DNA of 64,000 nucleotides from Nitrospirota bacterium (GCA_963840455.1 CAWIYV010000004.1:96001-160000), one strand, 5' to 3'; positions 20,569 to 30,087 are shown, counted from the first letter of the stretch. Translations and numbers: made by a program. Notes: generated from the sequence alone by a model not told the origin.

Positions 20569-21323
20569 AGGTCATTTCCTCCATCCAGCGTATTTGCTTT
20601 CTTAATCAAAAACGTCGACGGTTGTATACTAGCCGCCGCTATATCCCACAAAAGAATATGTTTTCGAAACAACTGACTGAATTCATCCTCGAATCTTTCC
20701 AGATATTGAGCCACCTTCTTGAAGGTTATGATCGATTCACCATCAGGACCCGGTTGCAGATAAATAACCTTAATGTCCGTCCTGATATTTTCGATCGAGA
20801 TACACGATATGGCATCTGATACTCGTTTCCGATCCTTTGTATAGAGATAGTCTTCGATCTCCTTTTGGGCGCGCATCGTAATGAATCCAAGGTCCTGTAA
20901 CATCACCATAAGATGGTAATACTTCTTTTTTTGTATTGTCGCTTTAAACACCGGCACCAATTGAAAAAGGATGTCCTGGAATCTCATGTTGGATGCGCTG
21001 ATGAGATAGGCGTCTTGTTTCTCCCTACGAGATCCCAGGTCGGTCTTCAATTCGACAAAATACGCAGTATGTAGGTCCCTGCTAAACAGCACATAATCTA
21101 CATTCACGGTTCTCTGCGATCCGGGATCATCAATGAGTGGAAATTCAGGGATGATGCATTCTGCAAGGGAGGATGCAGGTGCGATATATTCCTCCAGAAG
21201 GCCTTTCAAATAGAGCGAGAAGAAAATATCGGCGCGTCTTTCCAGCTGATATTTGGGAAGATTCCGCCAACGCGTGAGGTTATTGAATATCGTATCGAGC
21301 ATTCCAGTAGTTCCGCCCTGCAT
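20565..21323 (-). CDS. Putative PD-(D/E)XK nuclease-fold protein
   Basis: PEFP, VDYVLF, FVELKTD and KQDAY fit E..D..(D/E)xK; conserved-looking WRNLPKYQLERRADIFF N-terminus. Confidence 0.6.
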   Translation of the reverse strand: MQGGTTGMLDTIFNNLTRWRNLPKYQLERRADIFFSLYLKGLLEEYIAPASSLAECIIPEFPLIDDPGSQRTVNVDYVLFSRDLHTAYFVELKTDLGSRREKQDAYLISASNMRFQDILFQLVPVFKATIQKKKYYHLMVMLQDLGFITMRAQKEIEDYLYTKDRKRVSDAISCISIENIRTDIKVIYLQPGPDGESIITFKKVAQYLERFEDEFSQLFRKHILLWDIAAASIQPSTFLIKKANTLDGGNDL

Positions 21324-21359
21324 ATGTTATCCTTCCAGTCATCGCCTACGTGATTCTTG

Positions 21360-22601
21360 CTATATTTCTAGGATCTGTCCGTCCGGCACTACCCGTACAT
21401 TGTGAAATAGATCGGAATACTCGTGTCCAAATTCTGTATGGATGGGAATAAGCTGTTTCGGTTTCAAAGCCGCTTCGAACACCTGTAGATCTTCAGTTGT
21501 CGCATGGCCGCTCGTATGCGCGTAAATGAAGTTAACATCCTTATCCTGACGGTATGCAGAAAGCTTGTCAGCACCTGCGAGACCGCTCCCTGCGCTATCG
21601 ACATATCCGAGCCATTGCGAATATATAACGTTCACAGGCTTCTTACCCTTAAATCGTTCGATGAGATTCGCCCGCGATGCCTTGATCAGATAAAGATAAT
21701 TCGAAGGATATTCCTTGAGCTCTTCACGCCGAACACGGTACTGATAGACCTTCCTTCGAAAACCTGCGAACACGGAAGGATGTTCTCTCATGACCTTGTC
21801 GTGTGCGTGGTCAGCATAGACACGCAGGTTATCCCACCCGATCGACGGGGTATGGCAGGAAACGCTTTGGACACATTCCAGAACCCAAGTGGTATACAGA
21901 TCCAGTACGAGTGTCTTGCCAGCCCTTTTGCAGGCATTGTACGCTGAAACGATCCGATCAATGTTCTGCGACGATGAGATCAGGAAGGATATGTTCTCCT
22001 GCGACCTGATCGTCATATATATCATGTCCTCGACCGCGCGTTCTGTCGAATACTCGGTATTGTCCCTGCGGATCATCGTGCCTTCCATCAGGAGCACATC
22101 GATGTCTTTCGGCGGCTTCTCTGTTAGTTTATCGAATAGTATCGATTTTCTCCCATGGGAACGGAAATCTCCACTGTAGAAAATCCTCTTGTTCTCGGCC
22201 TCCACCAGGAACGCATAGGCATCAACTGCAGAGTGGTCCATAAGATAAGGCGTAATGCTGAAGTCTCCGATCCGAATAGGCGTCCATTTTTCAAAGAACC
22301 GGAACGGGTTCCCCAGCGGGCCCATGCCGAGGAATATGCGGGTCACATCGATTAGCTGTTTCGCCAAAGCACCGATATAGACTGGTACAGCTTTGTCAAG
22401 AATATCGAGGAGTCCATAATGATCCTGATGAGGGTGACTGATGATCACCGCGTCGGGCTTCAAGGACAGGATATTTGCATTATCGCGCTCATCATTGCTC
22501 AACGGTCGACCCATATCGAGAAGCAGTGTTGTCTCACCGGATGTTAGTTGAATGCAGGTACCTCCGATTTCATGGGCACCCCGATGTATTACAATTCTCA
22601 T
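21360..22601 (-). CDS. MBL-fold beta-CASP (short RNase J-like) nuclease
   Basis: HEIGGTC, SHPHQDH, DHS, SGD, MEGT, HTSGHA and PIHTE motifs. Confidence 0.88.
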   Translation of the reverse strand: MRIVIHRGAHEIGGTCIQLTSGETTLLLDMGRPLSNDERDNANILSLKPDAVIISHPHQDHYGLLDILDKAVPVYIGALAKQLIDVTRIFLGMGPLGNPFRFFEKWTPIRIGDFSITPYLMDHSAVDAYAFLVEAENKRIFYSGDFRSHGRKSILFDKLTEKPPKDIDVLLMEGTMIRRDNTEYSTERAVEDMIYMTIRSQENISFLISSSQNIDRIVSAYNACKRAGKTLVLDLYTTWVLECVQSVSCHTPSIGWDNLRVYADHAHDKVMREHPSVFAGFRRKVYQYRVRREELKEYPSNYLYLIKASRANLIERFKGKKPVNVIYSQWLGYVDSAGSGLAGADKLSAYRQDKDVNFIYAHTSGHATTEDLQVFEAALKPKQLIPIHTEFGHEYSDLFHNVRVVPDGQILEI

Positions 22602-22758
22602 ACTTTTCTCAATTCGGGTGCTGTCTGCGGACAGACTAAATACTGAGAACTACGCTAAGTGAGGATTAGGATGACATGGGAATGCCAAGATACAGAAGTT
22701 TCCTATTGCCATGAGAGTACTATAACTAGGATGAAATGGCAATTGAAGAAACAAATCG

Positions 22759-24168
22759 TGTCAAGCCCAAGCAGAAATGTCGTATTCTTACCAAAGCAGA
22801 AATGTCCTGTTTTAAGAGGTGCTGGACACTGCTGTCTTTTCTTTCTGATCGAGGTTAAGGGGCGCTCTCCACGGATGTGCCCCTGCCGGCTTTCCCCTAT
22901 CCCAAGTCTTGTGCAGCTTCAGCGACTCCCTACGTTCTTTTTCCGGCCGGGCAGTAATCTTCTGAAACCTCAAGCGTTGCCCATTATGCAGAATCCGCAT
23001 TGAACCATCCGTCCGCTCTTCCACCAACACCTTCTTAGCCCGGATATTGTCTTTGATCTGATAGAGCTTCTTGTCATGAGCAATGGTGAAGTCATTGCGC
23101 AATGCCCGCACGGTCCGAATGGACAATATCCGTTCCAACTCCCTGCGATCTGTAAACGGTCGGTGGAGATCCGTGTCCTTCGCCGGAGATACCCGATATC
23201 TCTGATTGTAGCCAGGCAAGTAGGTTTCCAAAAACGCATTCCCCTCGTCTTTACTTCTGATGCCTGCTAGCCGCATTTCTTTTATCACCCGGTCCTGAAA
23301 TGTCCCGAATAACCGCTCCACCCGCCCCTTGGCTTGCGGAGAATAGGCATGGATCACCGTCACGCCGAGTTCCTGAAGGCTTCTTTCGAACTGGCTCATG
23401 AGCTGTCGGCCTTCAAGCTGGTCTTCGATCGTCTGATACTGAACCGGCGCTTTATAGGTCGAATGGCGGTCTAAATACACGCTCTGAGGAATGCCGTACT
23501 GCCTGATATATCCTTTGAAGCTGTCCATGGCTGGAAGCGTACCTTCGTAATCATAGAACCTGGCGTATACTTCACCGGTGGCATCGTCCACGTATCCCAT
23601 CAGTACGCAGACCGGGCCGCGGCCCTCAAACCAGTCGTGGTGGGAACCGTCCAACTGCACCATGGCGCCCCGGCATGCTTTCCGTTCCCGCCACTGCCGG
23701 TGCGGCCGCCTCTTGCGCTGCCGGTACGGCAACCCTGCCTCAAGAAACCAGGTCCGCAGGGTCTCAACGCTTACCTTGATGCAGTTCTTCTCCCGAAGCT
23801 TTTCGCTCGCGAGGGTAGGACCAAACTCATGGTAGCGTTCGCGGCAAAGTTCGATTACCGTGTCTTTGACCGTCTCCGCTATCTGGTTGTTGGGCTTCCT
23901 CCCCCGAGCACAATGGCAAACCCCGGCATCGCCTTCCCTCCTGACACGCCGAATGATCCGCTGCAGCTGTCGAAGGCATAAACCAGCCATATCTGCCGCC
24001 TCTGCTTGGGTTATCCTTTTCTCTACGGCTTTACGAACAAGATGTAACCGCTTTGCTTCCTTCATGCTCATCGTGATAATGCCTCTCCCCATCGTGCCCT
24101 CCCTTGACGGAAGGACAATACGACATTTCTGCCTGGGAGAAATACGACATTATCACTTTGGAAGAACA
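22759..24168 (-). mobile_element. IS1202-family (ex-ISNCY) insertion sequence with 16 bp target duplication
   Basis: Ends TGT...ACA; repeated subterminal GCAGAAATGTC/GACATTTCTGC; direct repeat TTGAAGAAACAAATCG at 22743-22758 and 24169-24184. Confidence 0.9.
22812..24092 (-). CDS. IS1202-family DDE transposase
   Basis: N-terminal HTH; QLDGSHHDWF, YLDRHS and SPQAKGRVER motifs. Confidence 0.93.
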   Translation of the reverse strand: MGRGIITMSMKEAKRLHLVRKAVEKRITQAEAADMAGLCLRQLQRIIRRVRREGDAGVCHCARGRKPNNQIAETVKDTVIELCRERYHEFGPTLASEKLREKNCIKVSVETLRTWFLEAGLPYRQRKRRPHRQWRERKACRGAMVQLDGSHHDWFEGRGPVCVLMGYVDDATGEVYARFYDYEGTLPAMDSFKGYIRQYGIPQSVYLDRHSTYKAPVQYQTIEDQLEGRQLMSQFERSLQELGVTVIHAYSPQAKGRVERLFGTFQDRVIKEMRLAGIRSKDEGNAFLETYLPGYNQRYRVSPAKDTDLHRPFTDRRELERILSIRTVRALRNDFTIAHDKKLYQIKDNIRAKKVLVEERTDGSMRILHNGQRLRFQKITARPEKERRESLKLHKTWDRGKPAGAHPWRAPLNLDQKEKTAVSSTS

Positions 24169-24263
24169 TTGAAGAAACAAATCGGCCGGAGAGATTTTCT
24201 CTCCGGCCATATAGATTAAGCAATGATAAGAATCTCAATCTTTAAGTCTGATCCCATACGACC

Positions 24264-24443
24264 TCGGGCGTGCCGGCTTGCTATGTCGCGTTCGTCGTCT
24301 ATCACGAGATGCTGAACGCCGACATAGGGGTTACACTGCGGGGAAAACGAAGGAGCGTGCATCCGAAGGAGTTCAGGAGAAGGGAAAAGCTCTTTCAGGA
24401 GTATGAGAAGGCGATGGCGTGGGAGGGTGGGCAGGCGCAATAA
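24264..24443 (+). pseudogene. Orphan 3' fragment of an SprT-like/zincin gene
   Basis: Manual translation SGVPACYVAFVVYHEMLNAD...SVHPKEFRRREKLFQEYEKAMAWEGGQAQ*; no start codon; begins just after AAGTCTGATCCC. Confidence 0.65.
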
Positions 24444-24495
24444 CTACAGATTCATATTTTACCCAGGCACCCAACAGGAGCTAACAGCCAACATT

Positions 24496-25341
24496 TCATC
24501 TTTTCAGGCCTGACCCGCTACCGTCATTGAAGCTGTCATCCGTGAGATCAAAAATGTCCATGGAAGACATATCAATGGTAATAGTAATATCATCACTCGA
24601 ATCTCCAGTGCATCCTGCGGGAACAATGTAGAATGGATGTGCTGGATTGGTTAGAACAGCATCTATAAGTTGCTCATCTAATCCGATGCGCAACAAATAA
24701 CCCTTTCGATCCTCTTCCCAATGTGCGTTGTCAAACATGAAATCGAGGACCGATGGCTCTTGCTCTAGTATCGGTTCAAGTTTCAGTAGTTCGTCAGATG
24801 AATAATAACTAGCTGGATGTTGGTCGTGCTTCCTATTGTTGCAAGTTGAGCACAAAGCTACCAAATTACCGGGGACTAAGTGCCCGCCCAGAACGACGGG
24901 AATATGATGATCAATTTCTAGCCACATTGAAGATCCACATTTAAAGCATCGATTGTTAAAGAGAGAAAAGAATTTGTTTTTGTAATGACAGGCGATTACC
25001 GGAAATTGATAGTGTCTCCAAAAGTCAGACTTCTCTTTGCTTCTTAGCCGCTTCATTTCTTCCACTGTCATGGTCGTCAGTGCTGCAGCACGCAGCATTT
25101 CACGTGGATTTATGATCTTTTCTTCCCGAACACCAAAGTATGCTGCAACATCACGGGTGATTTCACCGCTCGGCAGCTCAATGACCGAAACAATCCTTTC
25201 AATCTTGAATGCTCGTCTGGCTTGCTGCATGTGACAGAAGGCCATTATGAAATATGGCTTTTCTACGACAACATCAGAGATAAGTCTTTCTGAGGTTTCA
25301 CTACCTCCGCCGTCGCGATATTTAATTATGAGATTACTCAT
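24496..25341 (-). CDS. WYL-like domain fused to an HNH endonuclease
   Basis: N-terminal IKYRD..ETSER..AFCH..RAFKIERI (WYL-like); CFKC..IDHHIP..GG..NLVALCSTCNNRK (HNH). Confidence 0.8.
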   Translation of the reverse strand: MSNLIIKYRDGGGSETSERLISDVVVEKPYFIMAFCHMQQARRAFKIERIVSVIELPSGEITRDVAAYFGVREEKIINPREMLRAAALTTMTVEEMKRLRSKEKSDFWRHYQFPVIACHYKNKFFSLFNNRCFKCGSSMWLEIDHHIPVVLGGHLVPGNLVALCSTCNNRKHDQHPASYYSSDELLKLEPILEQEPSVLDFMFDNAHWEEDRKGYLLRIGLDEQLIDAVLTNPAHPFYIVPAGCTGDSSDDITITIDMSSMDIFDLTDDSFNDGSGSGLKR

Positions 25342-25449
25342 TAGGCGGTCATAAAGGGCAAGGCGTCATATGCTACAGAGTGTCAACGCATCAATATGGA
25401 TAGCGGACAATAGACAAATCAACAACTCAAGCCTGACCCCAAACCGTCC

Positions 25450-25840
25450 CTGCAGCCTTCATTCGTGCGCTGAGGCGGGCGAGGAACGGGACCTTCCTCG
25501 TCACCCATGCGAGAAGTCGAAGGACCGGTTCGAACGCGAGCGCGAGCAGGATGTCGGAGATCAGATAGAGACCCGCGGTCACGGGCCATGCCAGCCCCTC
25601 ATCACGAGCGAGCAAAACGCCGGCCGGGATCCCGCCGCCGACAGGGATGAGGAAGAGCATCAATACGGAGAGCATGGGGGATACTAACAAAACAGACAGG
25701 CAAAGGCAATCGAAGAAAGAGTTTCGGACAAGTAGTCGCGTGTGATCGAACAACTACAGATTCAAGTGCGACCCCAAACGCTTCATGAACCACTTGGCAG
25801 ATCAACAAGTCATCAAGTCAGGTCTGATCCGCGACAGTCC
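25450..25840 (-). pseudogene. 391 bp duplicate of 19725-20115 (5' half of the membrane protein gene plus a family C repeat), truncated at a TGACCC core
   Basis: Collinear high identity; homology stops at TCAAGCCTGACCCCAAACCGTCC (25427-25449). Confidence 0.85.
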
Positions 25841-25863
25841 TCGACAGTCAAAGGTCGTCATAA

Positions 25864-26556
25864 TCAGAAGCCGTGATTACGAAGCCAGTTGGACAAAGAG
25901 CTATTCGGGCTATGTGGTTTTGAATTATACGCTTCGCACAAAGAGGTGTAGAGATTATCGTACCATTGCTTTACCTCTTGATGGTAATTGGGGTCGCGTT
26001 CATCGATAGCGGAGTTTAACCAATTTCTAACTTGGATTTCTTCGGGCCACTCTCCATTGTAGCTTGGCAATCGTCCAAGTTGTCGATAACAAATTTTACA
26101 AATAGCAAACGACTCTTGCCATGCTGCAATATTATCAGTAATATTCCAATCTTTTGAACATTGGCGATATATTTGTTTATATTTTTTATCAAAATCGAGA
26201 TTTGAATCGACAATTGATTGTACATGTCCATCCTTTACTATTGCTAATAGCAGTCCGTTAATCGAATTATGAATCGCTGTTTCAATGTTGTTAGCTTTTT
26301 TGTCACCCTCTACAGCGAGCCAGCCAAACCAACCACCGCGGTACGATTGACTGACTTTTTTTGCTTTACTACTATCTAGAATCATCATCACTTTTCGTCC
26401 ATAGCGTGGCCCCGCAAGTATTTCCAATGATAATACGATACCAGTATTGACTATTGATTCTGCATCAAGACGAACGACATATTTACCATCAGTAAGAATG
26501 TCTGTGTGATTTGAAGACCCCTGCCGTGTTTCGCTCATATGGTCCTCCAAGATCAT
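25864..26556 (-). CDS. Hypothetical protein (AT-rich)
   Basis: 230 aa ORF flanked by family C repeats; no recognisable motif. Confidence 0.65.
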   Translation of the reverse strand: MILEDHMSETRQGSSNHTDILTDGKYVVRLDAESIVNTGIVLSLEILAGPRYGRKVMMILDSSKAKKVSQSYRGGWFGWLAVEGDKKANNIETAIHNSINGLLLAIVKDGHVQSIVDSNLDFDKKYKQIYRQCSKDWNITDNIAAWQESFAICKICYRQLGRLPSYNGEWPEEIQVRNWLNSAIDERDPNYHQEVKQWYDNLYTSLCEAYNSKPHSPNSSLSNWLRNHGF

Positions 26557-26610
26557 AGATAGAACTAAAACTTATCTCAAAATCGCTTTAGAAGCTCTTA
26601 GCGTAATTTG

Positions 26611-26890
26611 AGGGGCAAGTCTTGTATTGTGCAATTTTGCTACAAATGCATGAGGAAAGACTTGACCCTAATGAAGGGATAGGTCATAGCGTGTGATCGA
26701 GCAACTACAGATTCAAGTGTGCCCCCAAACCCTTCATGAACCACTTGGCAGATCAATATGTCATCAAATCAAGTCTGGCCCTCGACAGTCCAAGGACCTG
26801 GAAGACCCCAGAATGTAACCTTGGCCCTCTAACGTCCACTTGAGAACGATCAACATCTCATAAACTCAAGCCTGACCAACTTCCATTCCA
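26611..26890. repeat. Family C repeat (26688-26791) with an inverted core pair and an extra core
   Basis: GGGGCAAGTCTTG / AAGACTTGACCCT inverted pair; full repeat; TCAAGCCTGACC at ~26866. Confidence 0.85.
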
Positions 26891-26897
26891 CAAAGAC

Positions 26898-27773
26898 CTA
26901 ATGCAAGACCCGATCCAATAAGATTGCGAAAGCGTGATGATTAAGCAACAATTTATAATCCGCGCATAGCGCCAACTCCCTATGAAGATTATCACGTGTG
27001 TGCGAATCAAGGCTTAGTCCTCTTTCTCGAAAATACCAAGCTAAAAGTGCTATAAGGTCGTGGCCGTGGATATGGAATTTGTGGTCAGTCTTCAACCTTT
27101 TCCTCAGCTGATCCACTTCTTGTAAAAACTCATTCTTCTGAGAATACCTTCTATTTTTTGATAAGAAGCGATCTATGTAATCATCGGCGTCGAAAGATAT
27201 CTTCCACCCCTCGAGTTTCATGCAAACGGGTTTATCAAGCCAGTCCATATACCAACCCAAAGTGTGATTCGCCATCCTCAGGAGAAAGAGTTCACTTAGC
27301 GTACTGGCTATTGTTATCAGGATAGTACCAATAGGCCAATCACTACGCCCATAGTATACTGTGATCAGTTTTTCGAGAATGGCACTCTCAAACAAGTAGG
27401 CTTCCATGCACGCGAAGTCAGTGTATACAAGACAGGGTTTTTCTAAGATATCACCTAGAACATGGCTAAAGTCCGCGTCTACAAAGCAAGTGATCTGCTT
27501 AGCATGCTTTCCAAAGCGCTCTTCAACTATGAATGATAAGTAGATCACGCGTCCCCGGTTGTTGCCCTTTAGCCCCATGCGCAGAACTTCTTCTTCAGGA
27601 ATCTCAACTGTGGCTATTTCATAGACACCAGCCGATGCCACGCCGACCGTGCGGAAGAACCAGCGAATTATTGCCGCGTCAAAAGAGCCCTCAACATAGA
27701 CATCTCTACGTATCGGATGTCGTTCATATAGAAAACACAATTCACTTAACTTACGTCTGGGTATTGTACTCAT
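26898..27773 (-). CDS. DUF4435/TOPRIM-like protein (PARIS AriB-like)
   Basis: VYVEGSFD, FVDADF, YTD..MEAYL and IHGHDL motifs; 2 bp downstream of the ATPase. Confidence 0.72.
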   Translation of the reverse strand: MSTIPRRKLSELCFLYERHPIRRDVYVEGSFDAAIIRWFFRTVGVASAGVYEIATVEIPEEEVLRMGLKGNNRGRVIYLSFIVEERFGKHAKQITCFVDADFSHVLGDILEKPCLVYTDFACMEAYLFESAILEKLITVYYGRSDWPIGTILITIASTLSELFLLRMANHTLGWYMDWLDKPVCMKLEGWKISFDADDYIDRFLSKNRRYSQKNEFLQEVDQLRKRLKTDHKFHIHGHDLIALLAWYFRERGLSLDSHTRDNLHRELALCADYKLLLNHHAFAILLDRVLH

Positions 27774-27775
27774 GG

Positions 27776-29122
27776 CTAGTTCTCTGAGGCTTTTATATTC
27801 TCTAGCGGCGCAACATAATCTCGATATTGAGAGAGTATCTCGATTGAATGAGTTGCCAGCATTATTTGAAAGGCAGTACCTGACAGGCAAGTCGTCAAGG
27901 CTGGAATAAGTCTACGCTGCCACTCTACATTTAAAGAAATCTCTGGCTCATCAATAATAAGGATTGTCCCTTCTCGCCGTGCACTAATCGCATTACAGAG
28001 AAGCAGCAGAAGCTGTTTTTCACCTGAAGATAAAACGGCAGGATTCAACTGATTGCCTTTGTCGGATTTCAATACAAGTCCCTCGTCTAAATGGATCGTG
28101 GCATTCTTATGAGCATAGAATTCATTGAGGAGTGATACAAAGCTCTCCATGACTCTCTGTAATTCCTGCAATGCGTCTAGGCGCGCCTTATGTCCTTCTA
28201 GATATGGCCCAAGGACTGTTCTCAGAATACTTAAGCGTTGCGAACCCGCATCTGCTAAAGGACCAGTGAGCATGGCGATGTCGAGTTCTGGCGTAAGTCC
28301 AAATTTTGCAAATGTGGCATTTCTTTGCCCCAGCCGTTCAAGATCTGCTATTAAGTTTTTCAGCGTTTCTCCCGCTTGTGCCCCGGGCTCACTACCATAA
28401 GTCACTACGCGCTGAATAATATCTTTATAGATTGAATGCACTGATGTGTAGCCTACATTTGTGCCTGATAAAGCTTGTTTCCGAAACCACTCTACCGCTC
28501 CTTCTATTGACATCCTAAGTTGTATATCTGTACTTGTCGCTTTCTCCTCCTCACCCTTTATAACGATGCGTCCCTCTTCAATTTCGCTAAGCAAGCTTCG
28601 ATGCATGGCATATCGTCTTTCCTCACTCCGGCCTTCGAGTCTTCTTGTATCTCGCAAATAATGAAATGTGATCCCCAAATCATTTAACAATTGGCAAAGC
28701 CTTTCGTATTCTTTGTCTTCCTTCTTTTTTGTCTTATCAGGGATCCAAGTCCATTTGGCGATTTCTTTCTTATCCTTACTCAATGTAATATCATATGGGC
28801 CAGGGTCCGGACTCTTAGCTCTACTCGCAGAAATAGTAAGGCCTGAAGTTAACTTAATATCAAATCGAGAAAAAGGAATTTCTCCGATATATGATCTGTG
28901 ACCGCCAAAAGGCTCTGGATTCATCAGATGATAGATAAGATTTAAGAGTGTTGTTTTACCAGCACCATTTTCTCCATACAAAAGAAGCAGCTTTCCCGAT
29001 TCGGGTCCTGGTGTCGTCGCCGCAGTGAGACGATATGTGAAAGTGTTGAAAAGATCTTCTACATAGATTTGGTCAATTAAAGAAATCTTAGTTCTTTCGT
29101 CTACTTTGATCGTATTTGCCAT
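27776..29122 (-). CDS. ABC-type AAA_15/AAA_21 ATPase (PARIS AriA-like)
   Basis: GENGAGKT, LSSGEKQ, IIDEPEISL and ATHS motifs with a long insertion. Confidence 0.85.
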   Translation of the reverse strand: MANTIKVDERTKISLIDQIYVEDLFNTFTYRLTAATTPGPESGKLLLLYGENGAGKTTLLNLIYHLMNPEPFGGHRSYIGEIPFSRFDIKLTSGLTISASRAKSPDPGPYDITLSKDKKEIAKWTWIPDKTKKKEDKEYERLCQLLNDLGITFHYLRDTRRLEGRSEERRYAMHRSLLSEIEEGRIVIKGEEEKATSTDIQLRMSIEGAVEWFRKQALSGTNVGYTSVHSIYKDIIQRVVTYGSEPGAQAGETLKNLIADLERLGQRNATFAKFGLTPELDIAMLTGPLADAGSQRLSILRTVLGPYLEGHKARLDALQELQRVMESFVSLLNEFYAHKNATIHLDEGLVLKSDKGNQLNPAVLSSGEKQLLLLLCNAISARREGTILIIDEPEISLNVEWQRRLIPALTTCLSGTAFQIMLATHSIEILSQYRDYVAPLENIKASEN

Positions 29123-29326
29123 TGTGGCCTCCAATTCCCGGCAGGGAAATTTCTTTAAAGGCTGCAGACTCAATCGTTTAGCTGTCTTTGAGCGAACGCA
29201 ATGCCACCTTTGAATGGGTTGTTACTTAGGAACATTTAGGGCCAGATCTCTTTTTTTTGCAGATGCCTATTAGCGCTCTTGCTTAGGTTCGGACATCTTT
29301 GGGTACGTTGTTTTTACCTGCGCTTT

Positions 29327-29470
29327 CCTGCCGTTCTCCTGCCTGCCTTCCGCTTTCTCCCCGCTTTTGTCTTCGCCGCCCTCTTCTTTGCTTTCTTCTT
29401 CTTCGCCTTCTTCTTCGGCGCATGCCAGTTCCGCGGGATCGGCTGCAGCATGCTGATGCGGTTGCCCTCG
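29327..29470 (-). repeat. Third copy of the VOC gene 3' end
   Basis: Encodes EGNRISMLQPIPRNWHAPKKKAKKK...; matches 32297-32440. Confidence 0.9.
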
Positions 29471-29473
29471 TGC

Positions 29474-29947
29474 TTACTGGAGTTTGGTCAATATCAGATC
29501 CCAGCGTTCCAGCCACTGCTGGCTTCCTTCTGTAAAACAGTTTTGGACATCCGACCAATATGCAATAAATTTATAGACCTCTTCATCATTGCTATGAATC
29601 ATTTTAAGAGCGTCCACCGGAAGGACAAAGAACGCGTGCTTATCAAACCAATAAGCCACAATGAAATCACTTGAATTCTTCTCATTCGGCGTCACGGTAA
29701 AATGGACAGCATTTCGATTCGTTCGATCCGTAACTACATTCTGACGAGTCTTTACTTCAATCTTAATTTGTGAAATATCATGGTTGCTGTCTAAACGCTG
29801 TAAAACCAAATCGCAACCTGTTTCAGTATAATTCTTAAACAATGTCCAGCCCGGCTTATCTTGCATTCGCATGGCCAAGTTTAAGAGAACTGCGCCTTCA
29901 CCAACCTCCTGCAATAACGCCTTCAAATTTTGCGATAACTGCGCCAT
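29474..29947 (-). CDS. Small PD-(D/E)XK endonuclease-like protein
   Basis: GEGAV, GCDLV, KIEVKTRQ and DFIV motifs; AT-rich. Confidence 0.7.
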   Translation of the reverse strand: MAQLSQNLKALLQEVGEGAVLLNLAMRMQDKPGWTLFKNYTETGCDLVLQRLDSNHDISQIKIEVKTRQNVVTDRTNRNAVHFTVTPNEKNSSDFIVAYWFDKHAFFVLPVDALKMIHSNDEEVYKFIAYWSDVQNCFTEGSQQWLERWDLILTKLQ

Positions 29948-30087
29948 CCCGCCCCCCCCCACGAAACCTTTAGGGTACCAGCCCGGGGTCAGTACCAGCC
30001 CAGGGTCATGCTTAATTATTGAGATTCGGGTCGGTTGTAGGTCAAGTTCCAGAATTCACCTTCTCACCCGCCAGGCCTACCCCATCC

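Noticed and set aside
17202-26791. Family C or A repeats as a CRISPR array
   Set aside because: The repeats are 100-400 bp, irregularly spaced by whole genes, and there are no cas genes.
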